Shown: positions 47,399 through 57,920, counted from the first letter of the stretch. The stretch is DNA of 64,000 nt from a bacterium (GCA_965213685.1 CBDBZY010000031.1:256001-320000), one strand, 5' to 3'. Numbers and translations are program-made. The notes: a model not told the origin generated them from the letters alone.

Positions 47399-49498
47399 AT
47401 GGCCAGATCCGCTTCATCTTCCACATCCAGAAAACGAATCGTCGCCGCCATTGACATCGGGGGCACGTTCACCGACATCGCGATTTACAATCCCTCGAAC
47501 GGAAATACCGCCGTGGGGAAATATCTCACGACGCCGAACGACCCCTCCATCGGCGCCCTCGCGGGCCTGCGCACGCTGCTGGACGAGGAAAATCTGCGCT
47601 TCCGCAACCTGGGCCAGGCGATTCACGCAACCACGCTCGCCACCAACGCGATCATCGAGAAAAAAGGAGCGCCCACGGGCCTCCTCGCGACCAAGGGGTT
47701 TGCCGACATCCTCCTGATGGGCCGCGAATCCAGATATGACATTTACGACATCGTGCCGGAATTCCCGGAACCGCTGGTCTCCGGTCCCTTTCGTCGCGAG
47801 CTGACGGAGAGGATTTCCGCGACCGGCGAAATCCTCCAGCCCCTGAGCACCCAGGAGGTGCGGGTGACGATTCAGGAGCTGGTGGAGAAGGGGGCAAAGT
47901 CCATCGCCGTCTGCCTCCTGCATTCCTACGCGAATCCGGCCCATGAGGATGAGGTCGGCGAAGCGATAGCGGCGTCCTTCCCCGACGTGAGCTTCAGCCT
48001 CTCCTCCCAGGTGTGCCCGGAAATCCGGGAGTACGAGAGAACGTCCACCACGGTGGCCAACGCCTACATACAGCCCATCGTGTCGAAATATCTCGAGGAC
48101 CTGGAGGTCAACCTCGAGAACGTCTCGCTCTACATCATGCTCTCGAACGGCGGCATCGCCACGGCGCAATCCGCCGCGAGAAGCCCGATACGCATGTTCG
48201 AGTCAGGGCCGGCGGCGGGGGCGCTCTCCTCGGCCTACTACGGGAAGCTCGGCGGGTTTGACAACCTCGTCGCCTTCGACATGGGCGGCACCACCGCCAA
48301 GTCGTGCATCATCGAAAACGGCGAACCCCACCTGTCCGTCCAGTTCGAGATCGCCCGCGTCAAGCGCTTCACCAAGGGCAGCGGAATGCCCATCCAGGTG
48401 CCGTGCATCGACCTGATCGAGGTGGGCGCCGGCGGGGGCAGCATCGCGCGAATCGACGATTTGGGACTGCTCAAGGTCGGCCCCGAGAGCCAGGGGGCGT
48501 CCCCAGGGCCCGCCTGCTACGGGCTGGGCGGCGAGGAGCCCACGGTGACCGACGCCAACCTGCTGCTCGGCTACATCAATCCGGAGTATTTCCTGGGGGG
48601 CGAGATGCCCGTCTTCCCGGAGGAGGCGTCGGAGGCCATACGCACCAAAATCGCCGAGCCGATGAAGATTGAGGAGATAGAGGCGGCCTGGGGCATTCAT
48701 GAGCTGGCGAACGAGACCATGGCCGCCGCCGCGCGCATCAAGCTATCCGAGCGCGGCAAGGACCCGCGCAACTTCACCCTGATGGCCACCGGCGGCGCCG
48801 GCCCCGTGCACGCCTTCCGGCTCGCGCGCAAAGTAGGGCTGAAGCGCATCGTTTGCCCGCCCGGCGCCGGCCTGGCCTCCAGCCTCGGACTGCATACCGT
48901 CCCCTTCAAGGTGGACACCGTGGACAGCGATGTGATGCCGCTCGAGGACGTGGACCTCGCCCGGCTGAACGACGTGCTCGCCCGGCGGGAGAAGCGAATT
49001 CGCGAAGTCCTCAGCACCGCCGGCGTGAGAGAACGCGACATTCGCATCCAGCGCATGGCCGACATCAGCTTCGAGGGGCAGGGGTTCCCCCTCACCATTC
49101 CCATCCCGAGCGGAAATCTGACGCAGAACCATTTCGCGGAGATCGGCAACACCTACCGCGAGCATTACGCCTCCGCCCACGGGCGCGCCATCGAGGAGGT
49201 GCCCCTGCAGGTGTTCTGCTGGCGCATCTTTGGCATGGGGCCGGAGCCCAACGTGAATTTTCACTTCTCGAACCTGCAGGAAAAAGAGGTCAAGAACGCA
49301 CAGAAGGGCCACCGGCGCATCTACATGCCGGAGAGCAAGGGTTTTCGGAAGGTGAACATCTTCGACCGCTATCTCCTGAAGCCGGGCCAGAAATTCAAGG
49401 GGCCCGCACTGATAGAAGAGAGGATGACGACGACGGTCGTCGGGCCGCGCTCGAACTTCCAGGTCGACAAATTCCAGAACCTGATCATCGAACTCTAG
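47399..49498 (+). CDS. Hydantoinase A / oxoprolinase subunit (second copy)
   Basis: DIGGTFTD, HATTLATNAI, SGPAAG, DMGGTTAK, PGPACY, PTVTDAN. Confidence 0.92.
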   Translation: MARSASSSTSRKRIVAAIDIGGTFTDIAIYNPSNGNTAVGKYLTTPNDPSIGALAGLRTLLDEENLRFRNLGQAIHATTLATNAIIEKKGAPTGLLATKGFADILLMGRESRYDIYDIVPEFPEPLVSGPFRRELTERISATGEILQPLSTQEVRVTIQELVEKGAKSIAVCLLHSYANPAHEDEVGEAIAASFPDVSFSLSSQVCPEIREYERTSTTVANAYIQPIVSKYLEDLEVNLENVSLYIMLSNGGIATAQSAARSPIRMFESGPAAGALSSAYYGKLGGFDNLVAFDMGGTTAKSCIIENGEPHLSVQFEIARVKRFTKGSGMPIQVPCIDLIEVGAGGGSIARIDDLGLLKVGPESQGASPGPACYGLGGEEPTVTDANLLLGYINPEYFLGGEMPVFPEEASEAIRTKIAEPMKIEEIEAAWGIHELANETMAAAARIKLSERGKDPRNFTLMATGGAGPVHAFRLARKVGLKRIVCPPGAGLASSLGLHTVPFKVDTVDSDVMPLEDVDLARLNDVLARREKRIREVLSTAGVRERDIRIQRMADISFEGQGFPLTIPIPSGNLTQNHFAEIGNTYREHYASAHGRAIEEVPLQVFCWRIFGMGPEPNVNFHFSNLQEKEVKNAQKGHRRIYMPESKGFRKVNIFDRYLLKPGQKFKGPALIEERMTTTVVGPRSNFQVDKFQNLIIEL

Positions 49499-49523
49499 AC
49501 CGAACTCTAGGAGAGGTTCCCAC

Positions 49524-51185
49524 ATGGCCCGCAAGGGTATCGATTCGATTACGCTGGAGGTTCTCTGGAACCGGCTCATCGCGATCGCCGAGGAGGCGGC
49601 CACCGAGATCGTGCGCACCGCTTTTTCCACCACGATACGCGAGTCGAGAAACTTCGCCGTCATCATACTGAACACCAACGGGCAGTCCATCGCCCAGGCC
49701 AGGTCCACCATGCCCAGTTTCGTGGGCGCGCTGCCGATCACGGCCAAGAAACTCCTGGAGATTTTCCCTCAGGAGACGCTCGCGCCAGACGATCTCATCC
49801 TCACGAACGACCCCTGGATGGGAACCGGCCACCTGCAGGATCTCGCCTCGCTCACACCCGTGTTCTACAAGAGGAAGCTGGTCGCCCTCATCGGCATCAC
49901 CACCCAGGTCACGGACATGGGCGGAAAGCTGCGCTCCCCCGAAGTCCGGGAAATCTACGAAGAGGGCCTCCAGCTCCCGCCCTGCAAATACATGTCGGCG
50001 GGCGAGATCAACGAGGACATCCTGCGCATCATCCGGCACAACGTGCGCGTGCCGAACCAGGTGGAGGGAGACTTGATCTCCCACATGTCCGCGGGAAGGC
50101 TCGCCGCCTGGCGCATCGGCGAGATGCTCGAGGAATACAGGATCGCCGACCTCGAGGCGCCGGCCAACACCATCTTCCAGCGCTCGGAAAACGCCATGCG
50201 CGAGGCCATCAAGAAGGTGGAAGACGGCGAATACCGCTTCCAGGTATCTACGGACGGCTATGACGAGCCGCTCGTCATCCGCGTGGAGGTCAAGGTTCGC
50301 GGCAGCAGCATTCTGGTGGACTACACGGGTTCGTCCCCCCAGGTGGACCGCGGCCTCAACTCCGTTCTGAACTACGTCTATTCCTATTCCGCCTATTCGC
50401 TCAAATGCCTGTTCTGTCCGCAGATTCCCAACAACGAGGGGAACTTCCGGCCCGTCACGGTATCCGCCCCCGAGGGCAGCATACTGAACCCGCGCTACCC
50501 GGCGCCCGTGAACGGCCGCTCCATGGTGGGACATTTCATTCCCTCCGCCATTTTCGGCGCGCTGTGCAAGGCGGTTCCCGACCTCGTCCAGGCGGCCAGC
50601 GGCAGCCCCACCTGGGCTATCAACGCAGCGGGCATCACCAAGGAAAACAGGCGCTTCGCCGGCAACTTTTTCCTGCACGGCGGGCAGGGCGCGACGAACG
50701 GGCACGACGGGCGGGTGTGCCTCGACTTTCCCTCGAATACCTCGAACACGCCCATCGAAATTCTCGAGCATCTCGTGCCCCTGCTCGTCGAGAGAAAGGC
50801 GTCGATCCGCGACAGCGGCGGTGCGGGCAAATACGCCGGCGGAAACGGCCAGCAGGTCATCGTGAAATCCCTCTCCGACGGGCCGATTCTCCTCACCTTC
50901 ATGAGCGAGCGCACCCGGCACCCCGCGTATGGATTGTCCGGCGGGAAAAACGGGCGCGTCGGCAAGGTCACCCTGAACGGACGCCCCATCAACCCCAAGC
51001 GACAATGGGTGATGAACCAAAGCGACAGGCTCGTCCTCGAGGTGCCGAGCGGCGGCGGCTACGGGGACTCCAAGGACCGCGCCTCCCACGCCATCGAGCG
51101 CGACCTCCGGGAGGGGCTGCTCTCCGTTCAAAAAGCCCGAACCGAATACAACTACGACGGCGACTTCACCGCCACCGACCTGTAG
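49524..51185 (+). CDS. Hydantoinase B / oxoprolinase subunit (second copy)
   Basis: DSITLEVLWNRL, NDPWMGTGHLQD, EEGLQLPP, DSGGAG, GGGYGD. Confidence 0.92.
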   Translation: MARKGIDSITLEVLWNRLIAIAEEAATEIVRTAFSTTIRESRNFAVIILNTNGQSIAQARSTMPSFVGALPITAKKLLEIFPQETLAPDDLILTNDPWMGTGHLQDLASLTPVFYKRKLVALIGITTQVTDMGGKLRSPEVREIYEEGLQLPPCKYMSAGEINEDILRIIRHNVRVPNQVEGDLISHMSAGRLAAWRIGEMLEEYRIADLEAPANTIFQRSENAMREAIKKVEDGEYRFQVSTDGYDEPLVIRVEVKVRGSSILVDYTGSSPQVDRGLNSVLNYVYSYSAYSLKCLFCPQIPNNEGNFRPVTVSAPEGSILNPRYPAPVNGRSMVGHFIPSAIFGALCKAVPDLVQAASGSPTWAINAAGITKENRRFAGNFFLHGGQGATNGHDGRVCLDFPSNTSNTPIEILEHLVPLLVERKASIRDSGGAGKYAGGNGQQVIVKSLSDGPILLTFMSERTRHPAYGLSGGKNGRVGKVTLNGRPINPKRQWVMNQSDRLVLEVPSGGGYGDSKDRASHAIERDLREGLLSVQKARTEYNYDGDFTATDL

Positions 51186-51195
51186 CCTCTCCCCC

Positions 51196-52203
51196 ATGAC
51201 CTCCAAAAAACGGTGGGTGGCCGTCACCTCCACATCCGATTTTCCCGTCGTCATGGCCCCGGTGCAGGAGGCACTGGCCGGGGTGGCGCCCGTTCGCGCC
51301 GTGGCACTACCCTTCCGGCATTTGGAGGAAAACGAGGAGGCCGCCTTCGCCGCGAAACTCCGGGGGGCGGAGGGCATTCTGTTGCGGCCCGGCTACGTCA
51401 CCGCGCCCCTGCTCGCGCGGCTGCCGGACTTGCGCGTCGTGGCCGTGCACGGCGCGGGCGTGGACCAGGTGGACGTGGACGCATGCACGCAAAGCGGCGT
51501 GCTCGTCACCCACACGCCGGGAGCCAACGCGAGCGCCGTGGCCGAGCTGACCCTTGGCCTGATGCTCTCGCTGGCCAGGCGCATCCCCCAGGCGGCCTCC
51601 CGCGTGGGGGCGGAGCGCGTATGGGGGGAGGCGCGGCACACGGGCAGCGAGCTCGGGGGAAAGACGCTGGGTCTCGTCGGCATCGGGCAGATAGGCAGCC
51701 GGCTCGCCAAAATGGCGCGCGCGATGGGCATGAAGGTACTCGCCCATGATCCGGGGCTCTCTCAGGAGGAAATCCGGGCGCGCGGAGGGCGGGCCTCCCG
51801 GCTGGAGACGCTCCTGGGCCGGGCCGATTTCATCTCCCTCCACGCCCCGCTCATCCCCGCCACCCGTCATCTCATCAACGGGCAGGCCATCTCGCAGATG
51901 AAAAAAGGCGCGTTCCTCATCAACGCCGCCAGGGGCCCGCTCGTGGATGAGGAGGCCCTCGCGCGCGGGCTCGAAAGCGGCCACATCGGCGGTGCGGCAC
52001 TCGACGTGCTCGAAGGGGAGCCGCCGGACCCGGCGAGTGCCATCTTCGACGCGCCCAACCTCATCCTGACACCGCACATGGCGGGCTCCACCAAAGAATG
52101 TCTCGAATCCATCGCCGCCCGGGCGGGCTCGGACATCGCGCGCGTCCTCAGCGGCCGGAAACCCCGACACCCGGTGAACAAACCCGAGAGGAGAACCGCC
52201 TGA
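51196..52203 (+). CDS. D-2-hydroxyacid dehydrogenase (SerA-like catalytic core)
   Basis: GAGVDQVD, GLVGIGQIG, INAARG, LDV..EP, TPHMAG. Confidence 0.9.
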   Translation: MTSKKRWVAVTSTSDFPVVMAPVQEALAGVAPVRAVALPFRHLEENEEAAFAAKLRGAEGILLRPGYVTAPLLARLPDLRVVAVHGAGVDQVDVDACTQSGVLVTHTPGANASAVAELTLGLMLSLARRIPQAASRVGAERVWGEARHTGSELGGKTLGLVGIGQIGSRLAKMARAMGMKVLAHDPGLSQEEIRARGGRASRLETLLGRADFISLHAPLIPATRHLINGQAISQMKKGAFLINAARGPLVDEEALARGLESGHIGGAALDVLEGEPPDPASAIFDAPNLILTPHMAGSTKECLESIAARAGSDIARVLSGRKPRHPVNKPERRTA

Positions 52204-52206
52204 GCC

Positions 52207-52222
52207 GGGGGGGGGGGGGGGG
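52207..52222. repeat. G16 homopolymer between convergent stop codons
   Basis: 16 consecutive G. Confidence 0.9.
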
Positions 52223-52224
52223 AC

Positions 52225-53151
52225 TCACATCTTCGCGAGGAATTCCTCATCCGGGCGGATGACTTCCACCTGCTCGGTCTTCACGCCGAGGTTCAAATCC
52301 TTCAGCAGATGACAAAACTCGGAGCCATCGATCAGATCGATGGCTGGTGCCCCGTCCCTGACCGCCTCGCGCTGCGCCCCCTGGGTGAAACTTCCGGTGG
52401 TGATGAACAGCCCCTTGTCCGCGCGGCCCACCATCGCACCCCGAAAATCGCGAATCGCGCCCGCGCCGACCGACCCGGCGTATCGCTTGCACTGAAACCG
52501 CACGTGAAACGAAAGAAGATTGACGCGCAAGACGCCGACGCCATCGATGCCGCCATCGCCGGACTTCCCCGTGACCTCGACTTTCGTGAAGCCTTTCTCG
52601 CGAAGCACGCGCTGGCAGAGGCGCTCGAAAGCGGCGGGGTTCATGTTCCGGAGGGACGAAAGCACCTCCTCCTTCCAATGATCCGGATGCTCGCGGAGCC
52701 ACTCGATAGCGGTAGCGGCCTTAGCGAGCGCAGGCAACGCTTCCTCCACATCTTCTTCCAAATGCGGTTCTGCGCCGTCCATCTCAGCCGGAGCATTCTC
52801 GTCAGCCACTCTATCATCCGCTATCCTCTCTTGGGGCAACCCGAATCGCTTTTCTCGTTCTTGGCTGACGAGGATGCGCGCTTCCTCGGGATTCGATATC
52901 TTTCGACCCCGCTCCGTGATCGCCCAAACGCTCCGCGAAGGATTCTCTACCGCGCCGATGTACTTGAGGTGTGTACGCGCCCATCCAAGGCGGTGGGAGA
53001 TCACTCGGATGGGCGGGCGGTTGCCGTGTGGAGCATCCATATCAGACGCGACCTGCTCCAACATTTCCTGATTCGATGCGGAACCGCCCTTCGCTTCCAG
53101 TGCCTTCAGAGCAGGGAAAAGCAAGTCTAGGTATGTGGGCAGTTGCGTCAT
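52225..53151 (-). CDS. mrr: Mrr-family type IV restriction endonuclease
   Basis: Mrr_N RLGWARTHLK...W.ITERG; catalytic FERLC, DGGIDG, QCKRY, FITTGSFT, LIDG. Confidence 0.92.
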   Translation of the reverse strand: MTQLPTYLDLLFPALKALEAKGGSASNQEMLEQVASDMDAPHGNRPPIRVISHRLGWARTHLKYIGAVENPSRSVWAITERGRKISNPEEARILVSQEREKRFGLPQERIADDRVADENAPAEMDGAEPHLEEDVEEALPALAKAATAIEWLREHPDHWKEEVLSSLRNMNPAAFERLCQRVLREKGFTKVEVTGKSGDGGIDGVGVLRVNLLSFHVRFQCKRYAGSVGAGAIRDFRGAMVGRADKGLFITTGSFTQGAQREAVRDGAPAIDLIDGSEFCHLLKDLNLGVKTEQVEVIRPDEEFLAKM

Positions 53152-53269
53152 CCGTCGTCTTTCCTCCATGCCAGTCGTAAGGAACGCATATTTACGCGCC
53201 GCGCAGTCTCCCTCCCCTCCCTCATCCGTCGTCCGTTTTCCCCGCGCGGCGGAGAGGGGGACACACCCC

Positions 53270-53830
53270 CTACTCGGAGAAATAGCGCGCCATCCACTGC
53301 TCGATGTCGAAGTGCCACGTCTGGAGGTCGATGGACCGGAAGACGCTCTCGAACACCGGCGCGGCGGCCTCCCCGGCCCGCGTCACCCGAAAACCCCAGC
53401 GCAGGGAATACGCCGCGTCTCCCGCCGGGTCCTCATCGCCGATCATCACGCGGCGCCAGCCGCCCACCCGGGCGATGATGGACGCCCCCCGCGCGAAGAA
53501 GCGCTCATCCACCACGTCGTATTCCAGGCGGACGACGTAGTCGGGCGCCTCCATGAAATCCCCGCCCTCTTTGCGCACCATCCGCGCACAGCGAAACCGG
53601 GTGCCCTCCAGCCCCACGCACGCGGCCTCCCGCACCTCGGCGGCCTCGGGCGTGGCGGACGTATAGACATGCGAGGGGGAGGGGACGTGGACAGCCCGAA
53701 CCTTCACGACATAGCCCTCCTGGGGCCGCGCGCGGCTGATCCGCTGAAACGGGGAATCCTCGAGCGGCAAACCCGCGCACCCGCCCGACAACGCCAAGGC
53801 CAACACCCAACAAACAGCGCGATATTTCAT
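53270..53830 (-). CDS. Hypothetical lipoprotein
   Basis: Basic N-terminus, hydrophobic stretch, lipobox-like SGGC; ATGA overlap with the upstream gene. Confidence 0.6.
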   Translation of the reverse strand: MKYRAVCWVLALALSGGCAGLPLEDSPFQRISRARPQEGYVVKVRAVHVPSPSHVYTSATPEAAEVREAACVGLEGTRFRCARMVRKEGGDFMEAPDYVVRLEYDVVDERFFARGASIIARVGGWRRVMIGDEDPAGDAAYSLRWGFRVTRAGEAAAPVFESVFRSIDLQTWHFDIEQWMARYFSE

Positions 53831-54324
53831 CTCCCATCCCCTGGCTGGCGGCGAGGCGCAACCTGCGCATCCGTCTGCGGCACCCGAGCGTACTCAATCC
53901 GGGGCCACAAATCCCACGCGCGGGCCAGCACGCGCGCCTCGCCCTGATCCAGCAGGCTCACGCGCACGCCGCGCGACTGGTTCACGATTTTCTTGTAAAG
54001 AATCGGCACCTCCAGCTCGCCCACGGCCTCGTCCACCTCGCGAAACCGCTCCAGCCCCTTCCGGAGGTTGGCGATCGCGCCCTTGTGATGGCGCTGCTGG
54101 AGCTTCACATAGCCGGCGGCGAGCTGAATCAGCCCCTGGTAGAATTTTTTGGGGACGGGCTCAGCCTTCATCCAGACGCCCTCCCACGCCTCGTGGGCAC
54201 ACCAGTACTCCCCCTGGTTGAACAGGAAAACGCCCGCATCGCTTCGCGCCTCCCAAGGGATGGGAAACAACCTCGGCCCCCCTCCATCCGCAAAAGAAGC
54301 GTTCCCGACCGCCGGCGGCTCCAT
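53827..54324 (-). CDS. DUF309-domain protein
   Basis: LFNQGEYW.AHE.WE..W, YQGLIQLA motifs. Confidence 0.8.
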   Translation of the reverse strand: MEPPAVGNASFADGGGPRLFPIPWEARSDAGVFLFNQGEYWCAHEAWEGVWMKAEPVPKKFYQGLIQLAAGYVKLQQRHHKGAIANLRKGLERFREVDEAVGELEVPILYKKIVNQSRGVRVSLLDQGEARVLARAWDLWPRIEYARVPQTDAQVAPRRQPGDGR

Positions 54325-54489
54325 GCGCACCCGCGCGACCTGATGATATACCGAATTGCGGAAAGAGGCGACGCCTCCCCGGAACGTCGCCGGACCGCGC
54401 GGCGGGACGGATTCCGGCGGCGGTGCGATGAAGCCGCCCACCCCCGCCCCCCGGCGGCGGGAGGGGCGAGCGCGGAGACGCGGAGCGGC

Positions 54490-55395
54490 TCAGGGGGCGT
54501 TGTCCTTGGTCATCACGAAGGCCTGAATGACGTGGGACTTGGGCAGCTTCCCTCCCTTGGCCAACTGGACTCCGTTGCGCACGGCGACCCGGCCCTCCTC
54601 GTCGAAGGGAATGGCGAGGGTGGCTGTCATCTCGCCGCGCTTGATGGCCTGCACCGCGTCCTTGATGGCGTCCATGCCGAAGACCTTGATCCCCTTGCGG
54701 CCGGACGCGCGGATGGCGCCGAGGACGCCCATCGCCATGGAGTCGTTGTAGCAGAACACCCAGTCGATCTTCTTGTTCTTCTGCAGGATGTTCTCCATCA
54801 CCTCGAGGGCCTTGACGCGGTTGTACATGCCCGTCTGGTGGGCGACGACCTTGATCCCCGGATGCTTCGCCCACACGGCGTCGGAGCCCGTCTTCCGGTC
54901 GTCCGAGGAGGCGGCTCCCGGGATGCCCGACATGACGACCAGGTTCCCCTTCCCGTTCATCTGCTTGATCACCCACTCGGCGCCGATGCGCCCCATCTCC
55001 TTGTTGTCCGTCCCGACGAAATGCGACACGGCGGGGTCGCTGTTCCAACGCTGGACGGCGACAACCTTGATGCCCTTGGCCGCCGCCTTGCGGAGGGTCG
55101 GTTCGGTGCCCTTCGAGACGGTGTTGACGAAGAGCACGTCCACGCCCTTGGTGATCATGTCCTCCAGATCGTTGATCTGCTTGGCGAGCTTGTCCTGGCT
55201 GTCGGTGACGATGATGCTGACGCCGCGCTTCTTCGCCTCCATCCGCATGTGCTTGGCCACCGTGGCGTAGGCGGGGTGGTGAAGGCCCGAGAAGGAGGCC
55301 CCGAACCGCAGTTTCTTCGCGGCCTCCGCCGGCGGCATGCCCCCCAGGGCGACCAGCCCGACCGCGAGGACGACAACGCTGAGGATTCGCTTCAT
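54490..55395 (-). CDS. CUT2 (ribose-type) periplasmic binding protein
   Basis: Signal peptide, VGTDNKEMG, NDSMAMG, FGMDA. Confidence 0.88.
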   Translation of the reverse strand: MKRILSVVVLAVGLVALGGMPPAEAAKKLRFGASFSGLHHPAYATVAKHMRMEAKKRGVSIIVTDSQDKLAKQINDLEDMITKGVDVLFVNTVSKGTEPTLRKAAAKGIKVVAVQRWNSDPAVSHFVGTDNKEMGRIGAEWVIKQMNGKGNLVVMSGIPGAASSDDRKTGSDAVWAKHPGIKVVAHQTGMYNRVKALEVMENILQKNKKIDWVFCYNDSMAMGVLGAIRASGRKGIKVFGMDAIKDAVQAIKRGEMTATLAIPFDEEGRVAVRNGVQLAKGGKLPKSHVIQAFVMTKDNAP

Positions 55396-55431
55396 GGCAG
55401 TTTCCTCCAGTGATAGGGATTCCAGCATGGC

Positions 55432-56934
55432 TCAATCGCCTGACGCAGCGGCTCCCATCATGAGCCGCAAGACCTTCTCCTGGCTGGCTTCCTCGCGGGC
55501 GAGCTCCCCTGCGGCGCGCCCGTTCCGGATGACGATGATCCGGTTGCTGATGCGGAGCACCTCGGGCAGGTCCGAGCTGATCACCAAGACGGCGACGCCG
55601 CGCTTTTGCAGCTCCCGGATGAGGGCGTATATCTCGGCCTTCGCGCCCACGTCCACCCCCCGGGTGGGTTCGTCAAAAATGAGCGCCCGCGCGCCCGTGT
55701 CCATCCAGCGGGACAGGATGACCTTCTGCTGGTTGCCCCCGCTCAGCGCGTTGACGGGCTGGCGCGGCCCCCGCGTGGCGATGCGCAACTCCGCGATGAT
55801 CTCCCGCACGCGGGACTCGTGCGCGGGACGGCGGATGAAGCCTCCGCGGGCATATTTCCCGAGGGTGGCGAGCGTGCTGTTCTCCTTGACGAGGAGCTGC
55901 ATCACGAGGCCCTGCAGCTTGCGATCCTCGGGCACCATGCCGAGGCCCGCGGCGATTCGCCCGGGAACGCTACCGACGAGCGGCTCTCCGGAGAGGCGGA
56001 CCACGCCTCCCGCCGCCGCCTCGGAGCCGAAGAGCAGGTGGGCGAACTCGCTGCGGCCCGAGCCGATGAGGCCGGCGAGACCGACCACCTCGCCCGCCCG
56101 CACCCGCAGGGAGATGCCGCGCACCATCCGCCCGTCCGCCAAATCCTCGGCCTCGAGCACCACGGGCGCGTCCTCCGGCACCGGGAGCGGGGGCTCCTCC
56201 TCCGCGAGGCGACGGCCCACCATCGCGAGGACGAGCTGATCGATCTCTGTCTCGGACACGCTGCCCACGTGCACCCGCTCGCCGTCGCGCAGCACGGTGA
56301 CGCGATCCGCGATCTGGAAGACCTCGTCCAGGCGGTGGGAAATATAGATGACCCCGAGACCCTGCGCCTTCAAACGTCCGATCACGCGGAAGAGCACCTC
56401 GATTTCGCTCTGCGTCAGGGGGGCGGTGGGCTCGTCCATCACCAGGATGCGCGAGGCGCGCGAGAGTGCCTTGGCGATTTCGACCATCTGCTTCTGGGCC
56501 ACCCCCAGGGTTTCCACCGGAGTGCGCGGGTCGATGGATATCCCCAGCTCGCGCAGGATTTCACTGGCGCGCGCGTTCATCTCGCGGGTGGCCACGAAGC
56601 CGGCACCGATCCGGGGCTCGTGGCCGAGGTAGATGTTCTGGGCCACCGTGAGCTTCTGGACGAGGTTCAACTCCTGGTAGATGACCGCCACCCCCATCGC
56701 CAGCGCCTCGTGGGGATTCGCGGCCCGGTAGTCGCTCCCCCCGAAGCGGATCGTCCCCCCGTCGCGCAGGTGGACGCCCGCGAGAATCTTGATGAGGGTG
56801 GACTTGCCCGCCCCGTTCTCCCCGATCAGGGCGTGCACCTCCCCCGGCATCACCTCGAGGTCGACCTCGGAGAGGGCCTGCACGCCCGGAAAGGCCTTCG
56901 ATATACCCTCCATCGTCAACAGGGCGGAGGACAT
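55432..56934 (-). CDS. CUT2 (RbsA-like) double-domain ABC ATPase
   Basis: KAFPGVQAL, GENGAGKST, PEDRK, LSGGNQQKV, DEPTRGVDVGAK. Confidence 0.92.
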   Translation of the reverse strand: MSSALLTMEGISKAFPGVQALSEVDLEVMPGEVHALIGENGAGKSTLIKILAGVHLRDGGTIRFGGSDYRAANPHEALAMGVAVIYQELNLVQKLTVAQNIYLGHEPRIGAGFVATREMNARASEILRELGISIDPRTPVETLGVAQKQMVEIAKALSRASRILVMDEPTAPLTQSEIEVLFRVIGRLKAQGLGVIYISHRLDEVFQIADRVTVLRDGERVHVGSVSETEIDQLVLAMVGRRLAEEEPPLPVPEDAPVVLEAEDLADGRMVRGISLRVRAGEVVGLAGLIGSGRSEFAHLLFGSEAAAGGVVRLSGEPLVGSVPGRIAAGLGMVPEDRKLQGLVMQLLVKENSTLATLGKYARGGFIRRPAHESRVREIIAELRIATRGPRQPVNALSGGNQQKVILSRWMDTGARALIFDEPTRGVDVGAKAEIYALIRELQKRGVAVLVISSDLPEVLRISNRIIVIRNGRAAGELAREEASQEKVLRLMMGAAASGD

Positions 56935-56939
56935 CCGTC

Positions 56940-57920
56940 TCACTGCCTGTGGACGAGCTGGCGGTCGATGATCACGGCGAGCGCGATGACGACGCCCTTG
57001 GCGACGAGCTGCCAGTGGGCGCTGATGTCGTGGAGATTCAGGCCGTTGTTCAGAACGCCGATGGTAAAAGCGCCGGCGAGCGTTCCGAACACCCGCCCCT
57101 CGCCGCCCGCCAGGCTCGTGCCGCCGATGACGACGGCGGCGATGGCGTCGAGCTCGGCCTGGATGCCCATGTTCGCCTGCGCGGACTGGAGCCGCCCGAT
57201 GATGAGGAGGGAGGCGATCCCCACCCCCAGGCCGCAGATCGTGAACACTGCCATGCGAATGCGCTCGACGTTGATGCCCGAGAGGCGGGCGGCCTCCTGG
57301 TTTCCGCCCACGGCGTAGACGGACGTGCCGAAGGCCGTGCGCGTCAGCACGACATGGGCCGCCGCGTAGACCGCGATGAGAACGTAAATCGGTATCGGCA
57401 GCCCGAGGAGGTGGCCCTGGCCGAAGTTGCGGTACCACCCGCCGAAGCGCGTGACGGGGAAGGCGTCCGTCACCACGAGGGCGATCCCGTGGTAGATGGT
57501 CATCCCGGCGAGGGTGGCCACGAAGGCGTTGATGCGCGCAAAGGCGACGAGGACGCCGTTCCACAGCCCGCAGGAGAGGGCGACGGCGAGCATGATGCAG
57601 ATGCCGGCCGCGTCCCCGAAGGCGTTCATCGCCATGATGCCCACGACGCCGGAGAGGGCCATGACGGAGCCGACGGAGAGGTCGAAGCCGCCCGAGATCA
57701 TGACGAAGGTCATGCCGGCGGCGATGATGGCGTTGATGGACACCTGGCGCGCGACGTTGATGAGGTTGGCCGGGTTCAGGAAGGCGTCCGAGGAAACGGA
57801 GAGGACCAGGCAAAGAAACGCGAGCCCGATGACCGGTCCGAAGCGCACCAGGACGCTCCAGGCCGCCCGCCGCTCCCCGGGAGCGGGGCGTTCGCTCGGA
57901 AGGTGCGTCTCCTGGGCCAT
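56940..57920 (-). CDS. CUT2 (RbsC-like) ABC permease
   Basis: GGFDLSVGS, GGNQEAARLSGI, ELDAIAAVVIGGTSL.GG.G. Confidence 0.92.
   Translation of the reverse strand: MAQETHLPSERPAPGERRAAWSVLVRFGPVIGLAFLCLVLSVSSDAFLNPANLINVARQVSINAIIAAGMTFVMISGGFDLSVGSVMALSGVVGIMAMNAFGDAAGICIMLAVALSCGLWNGVLVAFARINAFVATLAGMTIYHGIALVVTDAFPVTRFGGWYRNFGQGHLLGLPIPIYVLIAVYAAAHVVLTRTAFGTSVYAVGGNQEAARLSGINVERIRMAVFTICGLGVGIASLLIIGRLQSAQANMGIQAELDAIAAVVIGGTSLAGGEGRVFGTLAGAFTIGVLNNGLNLHDISAHWQLVAKGVVIALAVIIDRQLVHRQ

Noticed and set aside
49489-49510. 10-bp direct repeat CGAACTCTAG at the hydantoinase A stop
   Set aside because: A single short duplication with no transposase or inverted repeats; it probably just forms the next RBS.
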